A model generated the notes under the pieces. That model saw nothing but the letters and a program-made list of their open reading frames with translations, was not told the origin of the DNA and did not search any database. The translations under genes were made by a program, and so were the position numbers. This document shows, piece by piece, positions 13,765 through 28,460 of a stretch of 64,000 nt of DNA. This DNA comes from Camelus ferus (lineage: Eukaryota): the NCBI RefSeq assembly GCF_009834535.1, contig NC_045697.1:95544001-95608000 (forward strand). Direction: 5' to 3'. Position 1 is the stretch's first letter; each line of letters opens with the position of its first letter.

Positions 13765-13960
13765 TGTTTAGCAGTTTCTTATCATGTGGAGGTATTGTCC
13801 AGAGTACTTTGCAAATAATAATCCTCCAAACATTATCCCCATTTTATAGATGAGGAAACTGGGACCAGAGAGTGAAACTAACTTGCACTAAACCACAGAG
13901 CTAGTAAGTTGGCAGTCTAGCCCAGAGTCTGTAATCTAAAGCAATTTCCTATTTTGTTCT
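13765..13960 (-). mobile_element. MIR SINE
   Basis: attatccccattttatagatgaggaaactgggaccagagagtgaaactaacttgc is a near-consensus MIR core. Confidence 0.9.
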
Positions 13961-15564
13961 TAACCATAATAACCATTTATCTTTATCATGTATTTTTATT
14001 ATTTAATTCTGTGCCTAAGTACACTTGCAATTAGTCATGTACATTTAGACAGCAGTAACATATATTTCCATAATCTTCAAAAGTAGGTATATGTATCCAA
14101 GGAGTAATTCAAATCCATGAAATTCTGAATAAGCCTACTGTTATAAGACTTCTTTTATCACAATAAAACGTTGGATGTAGACTAAATTTGATTCTGCATC
14201 AGTCAAGCAGATACAGCATTTTAAAGACTATGAAACAGTTTAATAACCGATACATACACTGAACTTTCCGCAAGGTAGAGTTGTAATTTAATTTTTATTC
14301 ATAGCTGTCAAGTACCAAAGGCCACAAATAAAATAAATTCAAAGGAATATTAAAAATTAGACCTTAAATAGAGGACCAGGCAGATGTCTGCAAGATTAAT
14401 AATAAGTTATTAAATTTCTGAAGAGTGGTGTAATACAAAAACAATGGTCCAAAATATAACAGCATTTTTTTAAACTTATGAGCAATTTTGTGGGCACACT
14501 GATGTAAGTAATCGAGCTCATAATCTTTTATCTAATGCTTCTGATTTCTTCTCTCTTTTTGTTGTTGTTCAATATTTGAACCTTTCTGACTTCCCCACCT
14601 TTTTTCCCTGTCAAGGGCTTTCTCCCTTCTCTTTTTCTCCTCTTGATCTTTTCTATGAATCTGTTCACTCCTTTTTTGCCCCATGTAAAAATCTAGTTTA
14701 ACCAAATTCATACACTCTGTAAATAGATGCATATTGGGCATTTACAATGTGTTGCAAGTCTTCATTTTTCTCAGTTTCTACCTGCTTTAATGTACAGTAA
14801 AGATAGAGCATTTTCCCTTATCCTCATGTTTTTCTGTCCATCGTGCAGAAACCAGCTCTGCTGTGGGAGAAATGACATCCACTTTTAATCAAGCAGCCAT
14901 GCTTCCAAGTAAAATCAGTTCCTAAGGTGATAAAACCTTAGAAACAATTTTTGTAGAAAATTTTCAACTCTTTCCTGAAATCGTGTATTTTATTTATTTA
15001 ATGTTATGGCTTTCTCTCATTTGTATGGACAACAAAGATTCTATGACAATATTTTTGTTAATTACTAGGCCAGAAGACAAAGTATGGCAGCAGATTCTGA
15101 AGATATCCAGAATGTTCCCAAAAAGTAGCGTAAAGTTTTGGGAGATTGTGTCACAAACCATGGAATTTGTTAATTCACAAGATTTAAGCACAAGGTCTTG
15201 AACTTTCTATAATAAATTCTGTCACTTTGCCAACAAAGGGGCTAGAGTAGATTGGGTATAGTTAAAAGTTAATGTTTGCATGCCACCCACGTCACGAATA
15301 AATGTTTTATTTCTTGGGGAATCCCAGCTTTCCTTACCATAAATAATTAATTGCCAGCCCTCGATGATAGTCGTTAAAAGTCATAATGGAGACAGGATTT
15401 TAACATCCTGTTAGTAAAATTGTGCAGAGGACTTAGAAATAGAGGAACTCACTCAAGTATTGGTTCTATACTTACTTAAAGTGAAGAGTAATGAGGAGAG
15501 AAAGCTTTTTTAAAATTCTCTTTTGGCATAATGGGAACCTGGAAAACACATAAGGAGAGTCTTT

Positions 15565-17143
15565 TTTTAAAATTGAAGTACAGTCAATTACAATGTGTCA
15601 ATTTCTACTGTGTAGTACAGTGTCCGAAGTCATGCATATACATACATATATTCATTTTCACATTTTTTTCCATTAGAGGTTATTACAAGATATTGAAGAT
15701 AGTCCCCTGTGTTATACAGAAGAAACTTTTTAAAAATATATTTTTATATATAGTGGCTAACGTTTGTAAATTGCAAACTCCCAAATTTATCCGTCCCCCA
15801 CCTTCCCAGGTAACCATAAAATTGTCTACTAAGTCTGTGAGTCTCTTTCTGTTTTGTAGATGAATTCATAATGTCTTTTATTTAGATTCCATATGTGAGT
15901 GATATCATGTGGTATTTTTCTCTCTTTCTGGCTTACTTCACTTAGAATGACGATCTCTATGTCCATCCATGTTGCTGCAGATGGCATTATTTTATTCTTT
16001 TTTATGGCTGAGTAGTATTCCATTGTATAAATATACCACAGCTTCTTTATCCAGTCATCTGTCAATGGACATGTAGGTTGTTTCCATGTCTTGGCTATTG
16101 TATATAGTGCTGCTATGAACATTGGGGTGCATGTATCTTCAAATTAGAGTTCTCTCTGGATATATACCCAGAAGCAGGATTGCTGGATCATATGGTAGGT
16201 CTATTTTTAGGTTTTTGAGGAATCTCCATACTGTTTTCCATAATGACTGCACCAAACTACATTCCTACCAGCAGTGTAGGAGGATTCCCTTTTCTCCACA
16301 CCCTGTCCAGCATTTATCATTCATGGACTTTTGAATGATGGCCATTCTAACAGCTGTGAGGTGATATCCCATTGTAATTTTGATTTGCATTTCTCTGATC
16401 ATTAGTGATACTGAGCATTTTTTCACATGCCTAATGACCATTTGTATGTCTTCATTGAAGAATTGTTTGTTTAACTTCTCTGCCCATTTTTGGATTGGGT
16501 TGTCTGCCTTTTTGTTATTAAGTTGTATTAGCTGTTTATATATTCTGGAAATTAAGCCCTTGTCAGTCTCATCATTTGCAAATATTTTCTCCCATTCCGT
16601 AGGTTGTCATTTTGTTTTGCTTATGGTTTCTTTTGCTGTGCAAAAGCTTATGAGTTTAATTAGGTCCATTTGTTAATTTTTGCTCTTTTTCCTATTTCCT
16701 GGGTAGACTGCCCTAGGAGAACATTGCTAAGATTTATGTCAGAATGTTTTGCCTATGTTTTCTTCTAGGAGATTTATTGTATCTTGTCTTATATTTAAGT
16801 CTTTAAGCCATTTTGAGTTTATTTTTATGTATGGAGTGAAGGAGTGCTCTAACATCATTGATTTACATACTGCTGTCCAGTTTCCCCAACACCACCTGTT
16901 GAAGAGACTGTCTTTACTCCATTGTATATTCTTGCCTCCTTTGTTAAAGATTAATTGACCATAGGTCTATGGATTTATTTCTGGGCTCTCTATTCTATTT
17001 CATTGATCCATATGTCTGTTTTTATGTCAATACCATGCTGTTTTGATTACTGTAGCTGTAGTATTGTCTGAAGTCTGTAAGTGTTATTCCTCCAGCTTCG
17101 TCCTTTTCCTTCAGTATTGCTTTGGCAATTCTGGGTCTTTTGT
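15565..17143 (-). mobile_element. 5'-truncated L1 with TSD
   Basis: ORF 15829-16122(-) [19 protein letters not shown]…WIKKLWYIYTMEYYSAIK is the L1 ORF2 C-terminus; TSD gagtcttt at 15557-15564 and 17144-17151. Confidence 0.98.
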
Positions 17144-18767
17144 GAGTCTTTGTTTTTAAATGCTTGTGGCTTCCCATCTGTAAATTTTTTTCAAAGACCA
17201 TTTGTATTGTTTTTTTCTTTTTTTGTATTGCCTAGTCCATTTTTCTTTTTACTCTTTACCTTTTGAAGTCCTGTCCCTACACCATGATCTCCTGTCTGCC
17301 TCCTAGGGCTCAACACTGAAAGCTTCTCATAGGCTAAAGAACTCCATTGCTGCTGTGTTTATCCAAACCCTACCTCACCTCCAGAAGTTAATTTAACACT
17401 AAAATATTCATGGTAAGAGAGGATTACAAGAAAAAACAATTTTTTTTTTTTATTGTTTGCTCTTTGCAACTGAAATGTGGCTACTATGCAAATTGTAATT
17501 GCATTATGGAATAAAATTCTTTGTTTCTCAAGTCCAGAGGAGTTAATAGGAATTTGTAGTTTTAGGCTAGCTGTGAAAGCCTTAACTGTTTAGCTAACTT
17601 ACTCACCAACTCTCTTGGTCGGTGAGTATAATTATTTGAGTCTCTCTTTCTAGCAGATAAAAACCTTTCATTTTACAGGCTTCTGTAGGAACCCCACACA
17701 GAGGGCAGCCCTCACTTTTCCTATGAGTGCCTTAAAATACCAGTTTGTGTTTGTATAGCTAATTCTGATGCCCCCATAGGGAATATTTTCTCCTCCATGG
17801 AAAATTATATTTTAAAATTATTTATTGAAGTGTTACATGAATATAGGAAACTATACCTATGAGAATTGAGCAGCTTGGTGACTTTCTATAAATTAAACAT
17901 TCCTTTATAACTAGCACATATCTGGCCCCAAATTTTTGCAAAAGTTTACGTCTCATCACATTTGGTTTTCTGATGAAGACTCCAAGCTTCTTGCTTCAAA
18001 TATTTCGGAATTTCCTTCAAGTTTGGGTGAGAGACTCCCTTCAACAACCACCATCCTTTACAGCTTGGGTCTATTCTCAACCATCTATAGCCCCCGGAGA
18101 AAGATGGAACTGTGAACTTGTATCTGGTGTGCGTTTATCCTCCCCATAGAGACACTATATATTTCCTCTTAAATTTGAATGATACTGACATCTGACACAA
18201 AATGGATAAGGATGAAGAAGTTATTGACTCTATTCCGATTCTTGTAAAGTGTGTAGTCTGCATGTTTGCATCTTCACGGCATTATCACTGATTCTCTTTC
18301 ATTTCCTTTCACTTTCAAAGATAATGTGGTGTTTGAACTCTGAAGACATTACATCACAATTTTAGCTTTTAAGTTTTACTTTCTTAAGTTCTACACCTTC
18401 TCATTAGTAAGTGAAAATGGAACTATCGCTAAAATAAGGCAATTTCTTAACTTAATGGCTTGATTTATCCTTTAAACTAGTCAGTTTATATTTTGTTATA
18501 TATTTTCTATTTCTTTCTTAACCAGTTATTTTCTTTAAAGATTATTTGAATGAATTTCAAAACTAATTTGATAATATGCTTCTGGCTCAGTATCATTAAG
18601 ACACCATTTAAAATGTTTACCCAAACTTCACCATCAGGTTTTAATACTTGTTTAAATATTTTAAAGCTGGAAAACTGTAAGTTGTATTTTTCTGACTACA
18701 AAAAATGGTGTAATGTTACATAAATGTTAGGGGGTTCATTAATAAACCAACTCTATAGTTTACCATC

Positions 18768-18945
18768 GTGATTTTCAAATCTGATGATGCATTGTAATCA
18801 CTTGAGCATTTTTTCAAACATACCAATATCATCAGAGCCATAGAATTTCTGGAGGTAAGGTCTAAATACCAATTTTGTTTTGTCTTTTTTTTTTTTTTAA
18901 CATTTTAGGTGATTCTAACCAATAACTAAGTTTGAAAACCACCTA
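18768..18945. mobile_element. MER5-like hAT-Charlie MITE
   Basis: gtgattttcaaatctg…gcattgtaatcacttg…ggtgattctaa…aagtttgaaaaccac, with imperfect terminal inverted repeats. Confidence 0.7.
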
Positions 18946-19939
18946 TTAATTATTATATTGTGACATATAAACTATTAAAGAATCAGAGATTTCTTAAAGG
19001 TTGGAAAATGTATACTCATTTTGAATATGGAGTATTAATTAAAAATTATCAGGAAAAAATGGGCTTATAGGAAACACATTATAAATATATACATATTCAT
19101 CTGGAATTATAAAGTATTCTAATTTGATACTGATAGGCAGGAAAAGATATACAATGATATACAATACATTTTCAGGGAAAATTAATACCAGTTTAAGAAT
19201 TTTAACAACAGCTAATTATTACCTATTTTTAAGAGATTTGGACATTTTCAATGAGTAGACTTTAGAGTATATTTTTATTTTGGGAGATGATGGCTATGGT
19301 CAGGATTTTTAATGACACTGAGGCAGTAATTTTCCCATAAGTTTAACATCAAGAACTTCAAGCAGACACACAGTGTTTCTTTACTTAATTTTTTAATTTA
19401 ACCCTCACCTAAGTGTTAATAAATGTTTGTTTTCAATATAATTAATAATGTTGTGTTAAATGTTTACATATATAAAGCCTGGATGCATTTCTAATAAATT
19501 ACTAAAGTTAGACTATGAGCTATAATACATAGAATTCCATAGCCATTGGAAAGTAGAATTGATGGGAAATAAATCATTTTAGGACTCTTGAATACTATGA
19601 CAAAATTGACATCCAGAAATTGTGTTACTTAAATTATAAAGGAATTGATTATTTTTTTAAGACTGTATTTTTTGTTTACAGTTAATTGACTGCAAGGAGG
19701 TAGTACTGAAATATTCTTTGTAGTTTTAGAATTGAGGCACGACAGAAAAAAGTTGTCTCCTCTAGATTCCAAAATTTTGTATTTGTCTGAATCCATCTAC
19801 CACCTGTGTGTGACTTTACACCAGATTACCCAATTGTCTAAGCCTCTATTCTGACAGCTACAAAATTGGATAATATTTTATATCATATTCACTTTGGTGA
19901 TTATTAATGTTCAGAATTTTACATAAGCCATCACATTAT

Positions 19940-20835
19940 CTGCAAATAATTCAACTTGCATCTTTCTTCTGTCATTAATACCACTTAGCATTTTATTGAT
20001 TGTTGCATTGGTTCATCCAACCGCTGGCAATCTTGTTCTTTCTCTCTCTTCAAAATCCATTTTCCATTTGACTGTCTCTCACCTGCATGTCTGCTACCGT
20101 CCTCAACCTACTGCTCCACCTTTCCTGGGGTATTGTAGTGATCTGTTGACAGGTCTCTACTGCAATGATTACACCCCTAGAGTCTATTTTCCCCACAGAA
20201 GCCAGAGTTTTCATTTTTATGTCAGTTGTTTTCTCAAATTTATGTAATAAAATTTATTATCATATAATTTTATGCCAGTTGCTAGTTCAGAATCCTGTAC
20301 AGGATTCCCATTACATTTAGTCTAAGTCCAGATTTATATGTTAATTAGGATATAGGTCACCCTCTAAGACAGGCAACAAATCCCAACATTACCTGGCCAT
20401 GATCTGTTTTCTATCTACACTTCCTCTTGCTTCCTGTGCTCCAGCCACACTGATGTCCTTCTTTGTTCTTAAATATTCTGCCTTCCCTTTGCCTGTAGTA
20501 TTTTATCCAGATATAAAAGTGTTTTGCTTCCTGCTTTTTCCTTGTCTCTTCTGAAATGTTACCCCTCAGAGATGATTCCTTTTGACACTCTATCTAGAAT
20601 GACATCACCCTGTCACTCTCTCTACTTACCTTTATTTTTTTTTCCTTCTGACACTCATTGCTGCTGAACATTATACCTTTTCTGTCTCTGCCTCTAATAA
20701 TTTTAGTGGGGACAGGGATTTTTTTGTGTGTGTGTTCCCTGATGTACCCCTTGCAGTGCCTCAAACTGCACCTAGTATAGGGTAGGTGTACAATAACTAT
20801 TTGTTGAATGAATAAACTAATGCATGAATGAATTG
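19940..20835 (+). mobile_element. L2 LINE 3' portion
   Basis: ctccagccacactg, ccccacagaagccagag and the L2 3' tail caataactatttgttgaatgaataaactaatgcatgaatgaat. Confidence 0.85.
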
Positions 20836-20879
20836 GAAAAACCCTTACTGAAGAAAATTAAGTAATATTAGTGATAGCT

Positions 20880-21375
20880 CGTGTTTCAGTTACGCATTGC
20901 TGCATAACAAAAACCTGTTGGTTCAAAATAACATCACAAATTTGGAATTTGGGCAAAATCCAGCAGGGTCATCACTGCTTCACCTGCTGTCAGCTGAGAG
21001 AGTTTGAAGCTTGGGGGTTGGTACAGTTCAAATGCTTACACTCACCTCTGGAGATTGAAGCTGACTGTCAGCTTGGTCATCAGCTGAGCTTGGGGCCCAG
21101 CACTTAGACTCGCCATTCCATGTGGCTGCTTGGCTTCCTTACCGTGTGATAGATGGGTTCCAAGTAAAATCATCACAGTGAAGAGAAGAGAGACAGGTTA
21201 AAGGTGTATTGCTTTTTATCATCCTGTCTGGAAAGACAAGCAGTATCACTTCTGCCCCATTCTATTCATCAAAAGTATGACTAAAGCTGGCCCATATTCA
21301 AGGGGAAAGATATTAGACTCTGGTTTTTATGGAAGAAACATCAAATATTTTGCTGACATATTTTAAAACTGTTAT
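20880..21375 (-). mobile_element. MLT1 (MaLR) LTR
   Basis: gtttcagttacgcattgctgcataacaaa…ccatgtggctgcttggcttcct…tcacttctgccccattctatt…gcccatattcaagggga. Confidence 0.85.
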
Positions 21376-23359
21376 AGAGTGCATTGTTATTTTAGTCCCC
21401 ATTTTAATGGAATTGCCTCTAGGGTTTTCCTATTATATGTATTTTCTGCTCAACAATAGCAAAGACAAGATTGATAGGCCAGCTTATTACAAATGAATTA
21501 ATGAATACAATTTTGTATACATGTAAGACTTATTTTAATGCCTCATCAAAGAAAAATTACACCTAAATAGCTATTGATGCATATTAAATTGGTAAAAAAA
21601 AAAAAAAAAAAAAAAAACCTAGGAAAATATTTTGAAATATAATGATACAAGCAACTTATTTAGTTTAACGTACTAAGTGTAATCTGTCCTTACTGCCTCA
21701 CTACATGGGTGCAGTCTCTTCCCAGCTACACTGGCTTCTCTTCATCTGCCATTTTTACTGTCAGCTTGACAGCACCTGTGAATTTATTGAACATTATCAG
21801 GACTGGGAATGTTTTCAGTGTGATGGCAAAATTCATACCTGAAAAAAGTATTTCAGTCTGTTACTTGCTGCTGCTTTTCAAAAAGTCAGCCTTCTCTCGG
21901 CCAACTACATCTGAACAAAATTAGAGGTATTGGTATTTCAGGAGTAAAAACAAATCATCTTTTCTACTTCTATCACTGGATATTGAGTTATTCACACTGA
22001 ATATTTAGATACAATATTAATTTTCTTGCAAAATCTCTTCTTTCCTTTTCCAGTAGTGACTTTGTTACATCAGCTGCTGTCTTTTTTCACTTAGTTCTAT
22101 GGTGCTGACGTACTTAAGTTGTTACATAGAGAAGCTACCCATGTGATTGTATATTATATACTTTGTATATGAAAACAGCTTGGAAATGTTTCTTCTCTTT
22201 AGGGATAAGCAGATTCATTAAGTAAGAAATATGATTAGTAGTATAGCTCCATGTTAAAAAAGAAAGAAAATTACTCTTTGAGAAGGAATATATATTACAA
22301 AATTAGACCTAGTCAACAATTAAATGAAGCACAGTCAACAGTCTTACCCCAAATCTGAGACCGACATTATTTCAAACTATGGAGAAAATGGTAATGTGAA
22401 TGTCTTAATAGTTTTAAATATATTTATGTTTTATTCTATTCATAATAGATGGTCTAAAGAAATACTGCAATATCTTTTTTGTGATATTTCCTTATTACAT
22501 TCTCAAAAAAAGAGGGCAAAATTTAGGATATTGAAGGACAGATTTGATTCTTACAGGAGATTGAGGAACGCTTGTCTTTCTTTTGAGTAGTTAAAGGTAA
22601 ACTTCCATTATAAAAGAGAGATTTTTATCATTACAATTTTAACATACAAAGGATGTGTACTGCTTCAAAAATCCAACGTGATTTTAGCTTCAAATTCTTT
22701 TTCCTCCTCAAATATTAAAGGTATTTGCAGATCCTTAGACCTGTTTGTCTACTTAGCCAAGTTAAATTAAAATGCAAGATGATAATCTATTGTTAGATTA
22801 TTTTTCCAATATTGACAATCAGTTCCCTTTCATAATGAACTTTTCTCTGTGCTAGCTACTTCAAATCTTTTTATCCTGTACCCATAGGATTGAACATGAT
22901 TATGAAAGATAAACCTTAGTAATAAAAGATGAAAAGAGGTTATGACATTCTTATTAAACAGAAAAGGCAACTTCTTTTGATTTTAATCTTATAGTTACCA
23001 GCATTATTAGACCGTTATTAGAAGTACAGGAAATAGGCATATTTATTCATAAGTCCTTCTCTTATAAATTAGACTTTGTAAAGGGTAGAACTTTTACAAA
23101 ACTAGTGCACTGTGACTGTCCTTTTTGTCTTGTGAAATGCATCATGTTAATTCTATTTTTCTTTGGAGGAAATGTTAAAAACATGAAAGTTGTTCAGAAA
23201 TAAACTAAAATATTAATGCAACTCACCAGTACCTTCAAGAGGGTAACATAATGGAAAAGAAGAAAATTAACATCTCTTGAGCTGGTGTATTCCAGACAAT
23301 TTACTTGGTTTTTGTTTTGCCTTTTTTTTTTTTTTTTTTTTTTAATGTCTTCCCAAGAA

Positions 23360-24290
23360 GCCAGAGAAGAAGTCAGATTGCTTATTTGTAGGCAACAGAA
23401 TCCAAATTGGCTAGTTTAAGGGGATCCATTAAGCGGTAGAGGTAACTCACCAAACTTTTAGGAGGGACAAAGAGACTCTAGGCTTAGCTTGTACAGTTAC
23501 AGCAGTGGGCCACCGTAAGAGCCATTGATGGGACTCTACAAACGCAGGAAGCTAAAAATGTTGCAGACTCCAGGATGAATGCCTTTCTGTGACAAACCCA
23601 AAACTACCAAACTGGAAAGTCTTCTGAAAAATTAGGAAGTCATTAGTCTAGAACCATACTGCTCTGATTACATTACACAATTCTTAAATAAGCCCATTAT
23701 GAATGAATCTAATTACAGGAATCCAAATCACATCTGGTGCCCTAGCTGCCAGGAAATATAGCAAATGTAAGTTTGCCAGACCCCAGAGTCCAGATTCCAT
23801 ATGCTTAAAGGGCATCGGAGTGGGAATTGGAAAATGTGTCAGCTCTACCGATAGAGGGCCCCCCTTCCACGTGGTTACTCGGCATCAGTAAAGATGCCGT
23901 ACCAGTTCCCATGATAGAGAAACATTATCTCACAGCTTAGCAGCTTCACACATCATGTTTTTCTCATAATTCTCTCTTGGGTCTCTATGCAGCTGTAGTC
24001 ACATATTGGTTAGGGCTGCAGTCATCTGAATACTCTACAGGGCTAAATATCCAGCATGGCCTATTCACACGCATGCATTTGGGACCTCTGTTGTAGAATA
24101 AAATGCATAAAGTGACCTTTTCCTGTGGCCTGGGCTTGCCCACAGTGTAGGAGTTCAGGGCTCACAGCTTGAATGCTGGGGTGTGCAAGAAAGATGCTGC
24201 ATGACTCCTTCTCATATAGTATCAGAAATCACATGTCGTCACTTCTGACTTATTCTATTAGCCTCAACAGTCCATGCTTATCTAGACATA
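23360..24290 (-). mobile_element. Two adjacent old MLT1-type LTR relics
   Basis: cagattgcttatttgtaggcaacagaatcc… (23375) and gggctgcagtcatctgaa…tcacttctgacttattctatt (24010-24260). Confidence 0.6.
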
Positions 24291-27200
24291 TATTGTTCAT
24301 GCATATATATGTTGTATCTATAGTATATACTTATATCTTTATCAATAAGTGAAAAGAGAAAAATACAGATAACTGCAGGTATTCTCATTCCCTTAAGGAT
24401 TCTCAAGACTTGGTTGTCATTCATGGTATTTATTTTCCATTACCCATTCCATGTTCCTTTTACCCTTTCTGAACACCTCACCTTGTGAATGTTCCCTATT
24501 TAAAGGTGGAGGGGTGATTACTGAAATTTTTATTCTCGATTGTTCAGGTCCCTTGCTTGGCATGACAGTTTGAATATTTCTAATCTACCAAAGCAAATGG
24601 CAGGACTAAGATGTGCTTGAGATGATTCATTGAGTTGAGTTCCCTCTTTTGATTTTGTTGCAGCAAACATATAAACTGTGATTAGAAAGACAAAACACCG
24701 AGACTAGAATAATTCCATCTTTTTGGTTATTGTACTGGTGGCATGAGTTTTCCAAAATTGCTTGGTGAAAGTTTTAGTTTTTGGTTCAGTGATCTCATTC
24801 TTACGTCCCTGTGGAAACATGACACCCTTGGGTATCAAATTATTAAAATATACTAAGAAGTTGAAGAGACAGGAAGCGAACTTTTCTATTTATCATTTCA
24901 TATGGTTGAAAAAAAATAATTATATATAACTGTGTACTTACAAAAATTATATAATTTTGAGAGGTACCACCATTAAGTACATTAGTACCAGAACATATAG
25001 GCCACAGCCGTAGAGAATATCATCCTGTAATATCAAACCCCTAAAGTACAGGTTCTTTTCCCACTTATTTGAAACTAGTTGAGTCTTCAGTAGTTCACCT
25101 GATTCTCTATGAGTAGCTGCTTCTGATATATCTGTGAACCCTGTACAATGACAGTTGTTTTATTTATTTTGTGGTAAAATTAATTCCTTGAGAAGAAGTA
25201 TTGTATGTGAAAATGATGGTGAATAAGGTATCTGGTAAATCAGTTAAGGGTATGTTTACAACAGCTTGGTGGACAGAAGACATAATTATTTTTAAATAAG
25301 TATTTATTACAGTTAGGAAAAATTATTGAACTCTCCCCAAAAAAAGAGATCTGATGCAATCATTGTGCTACTAGATGGCTGGCTGATTCTCCTAGAATAT
25401 GGCATCATATTAACAGTTTACTGTAATTTTTAGATTAGGGACTTAGCATTGAAAGTGTTAGATATGCCTTGTTGTAAGGAAATCCAAGCTATTGAGCCAG
25501 TGCATTATCACATAACCTCCATTCCTGACATTATAACCACATTTTATATTCATTGAACAAGAGCTGGGATAGATGTGAGAAGAAGCTGACTGACAGCCTT
25601 AAAATAGGGTACCTTGTTCAACCAACTATTGACAACCTCCTCTATAGGATAGTCATGTTGGCCATAAAAATTCTCATTTTCTATGCCCATTTAGTGAAGT
25701 TTACCCACATTTCTCCTCCATAAACTGCTCTGTAATCAGTCCTCCAGTCTTCTTGTTTCCAAATTCCTCATCATTTGAACAAACTATTAGATACTGCCCA
25801 TGAATGGCCACCAGTTGAATTTCCAGTAATCTCTAATCCCAGGCCAAATGGAAAACAATATGTGACTCTTAACGTTTTGCTTACTGCCGAGATTTTCTTT
25901 TCCCATCCTCCTCCCAGCTAGCCTGTCTAACCATGGCATTCTACTTCGGGGTCAAACTTTTTCTCCCCAGTTAACCGTCACAGAAAACTCTGATGAGTCT
26001 ATAAATGTGTGTTCAGAGAGAAGTGGCAAGAGTAAGCACACAGGGAAATGAAGACCTGCTTAATCTGTCTCAAATATACCACGTTCAATTGTAAGAAAGT
26101 GCTTCTTGGTGTGACTGGCTTTATGTTTTTGGATCAGGTAACACCAAGTTTATGATGGGGAATTCAGTCACTTGGTGCTGCATCATCAGATGTTCAGTAT
26201 CTAGCATGGCAAAATAACAAGCTGAGAATTATTGCTGGTTACTTCCAAGAGAATGTGGCTTTGCTCTAAAACCTAAGCGTCCTCTGCTCTGACTTGCCTA
26301 TCCAAGCCTATGATTGGCTGTATGAATCATCCCGATCACACAGGCATTTTAAGTACCATCAAATTTAGAAGCTGAGAAGGGCTAGGCATAAACAGCCTTT
26401 GCTTAGATCAAATCTGAGCTAGCTGGAGAGCCTTTTCTTGCTCTCAGTGAAACCCAAAACTAGGCCACTTGGTAAAGGTGTCTGAGCAATATAATTAAAT
26501 GGACTATTAATTCCCTCTAGATCCCAACAACCATTATGACTTTTTCTCAGTAGCGGAGAAAGTAAATTGAAGCAACATGTCCTTTCTTCTGAAGAAGGGG
26601 TGTCCTAACATGTCTAGATCTATAGATAATAGAAACTATCAGATGCTTGTACTGCTCTAGAGTATCACTCTCATTTTCTGGCATCCATCAAATGCTACTT
26701 CCTGCTCAGTAGGTACTATCAGCAAGTAAACTGTACTAATATAGTTAATTAAGGCCCTGCAGGCTACATTGTGACCAAGAAGCAAAGTGTTGCATAGCCT
26801 CAAGCAGACCACTGAAGATTTACTGTTGTATTTGTTGGAGGAAAGCATAATGCCTCCTATGTTCTTCTGATTATTGGGATAGAGAAAAACAAAACATAAT
26901 CTTTAACAGAGTAATAGCTGCATAATAGGTGTTAGGGGCCAAGTTAATTTGTTGCAATAAAAATAATCACAATTAAATATAGATGATCCTCACCTAATTA
27001 ACTTTGGAGTACTTTATTTTTCTAAGACTCATTTTTTTTTTTTTGCACAAGTCAGAAAGATAAGATAAATAGAGGTGTGACTGAGGCCATTTCTGTTCCT
27101 TCCTTGATGCTGTTGATAATGACCCTACATTTTATAAAGCCTTCAGGGATTCATTAGCTTCCACTTAGCTTGTCAACCAATAACCCTCACTCTACAGGGA

Positions 27201-27799
27201 AGTACTATGAGGATTTTACCAGTGTCTGAGTGTTTATATTCTAACCACACGTTCAGAAACTGGGGAAATAACCACAGTGTGAGTTCATAAACAGAGTAAA
27301 TTCTATTTATCATCTGACCCTCATAAACCCTTATTCAGATCAGTGAATCACTATGGCATTCCTAGATCCAAGAGAACAGAATTGGTTTAGAGCCAGTGTT
27401 GGATTACTCCAGAAAAGAATATACATGTATATATTTGGTTTTCTCCTCAGTGCAAGTTGCTCTGGGAAATCAAAGTAGATCTCTTAGGGGAAGCCTCAGA
27501 AGTAGATATGCTGTATATACTTAAGATGTCTTTGTAAAGTCCTTCAGCCAAATATGTTGTTTTTCTCTTCCTTCGAAGGACTCTGTTTTTAAAAGAAATT
27601 AATGTATGTGAATTTGATGAGATTACAGTAAATCTCCACCTGATGATTCAATTCAGAGCTCTCTCTTCACCAGATATAGAATACAGTTTTTTGGTTAAGT
27701 AGATAAAGTACGATCCTAGTGGGCTAATACATTTTCTGAGGGATCATATAATCTCCTAGCTCCTGACAAAATCTCTGTCACTCAGATGGTTCTGATTAC

Positions 27800-27950
27800 T
27801 GTCCTTCCTCAGTATCTAGCGGGGATTGGTTCCAGGAACCCCGTGTATACCAAAATCTGGGGAAGCTCAAGTCCCTAGTGTAAAACAATGTAGAACAGTT
27901 GGCCTTCTGTATCCAATGGTTCTGCATTCACAGATTGGGAGGGCCACCTT
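27800..27950. mobile_element. MER8/MER2-like (Tigger family) MITE nested in ERV-L A
   Basis: cctcagtatctagcggggattggttccaggaacccc…ataccaaaatc…gctcaagtccct. Confidence 0.8.
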
Positions 27951-28177
27951 TTCCTCCTGCTGTCTGGTTGAATAATCACTGCCTCTGTGGTTAATTAGTT
28001 ACTGTGTTGTATTTTTGCCTTTTGCAATCATGAGAATTCTATAATTGCTACTGAGCAAGAAATTAGTATCAACAGAAGCATCTCCCACAGAGGGCAGCCA
28101 TTCATAGTGCAACTCACAGATACTGGTCCTCCTTTTACCAGTGATCTTCTCTGTGCCTGTGTAAAGAAGTTATCCTC

Positions 28178-28460
28178 TTAAATAAGATCTGAAGCTCTAA
28201 TGTGTAATATGATGACTAGAGTTGATAATACTGTACTGCATGATTGAAATTTGCTAAGAGATTGTAACTTAAAAGTTCTCACACACATACACCAAAAAAA
28301 AAGAAAAGAAGAAAGAAAAACATAACTATATGAGGTGATGGATGTATTAACTTGGTGAGGGAATCCTTTCACAGTGTATACAGATCCAATCACCACTCTG
28401 TACATTTTAAATATCTTATTTTATTTGTCAGTTATACCTCAATAAGGTGAAAAAAAAAAG
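28178..28460 (+). mobile_element. L1 3'UTR fragment with polyA, nested in ERV-L A
   Basis: aaatttgctaagaga…ataactatatgaggtgatgga…tatacctcaataaggtg followed by A-run; degenerate TSD aagaagttatcctc / aggaagtgagcctc. Confidence 0.92.

Noticed and set aside
15069..15201. Candidate second exon after MKK
   Set aside because: The phase-0 frame stops after 19 codons and there is no strong donor
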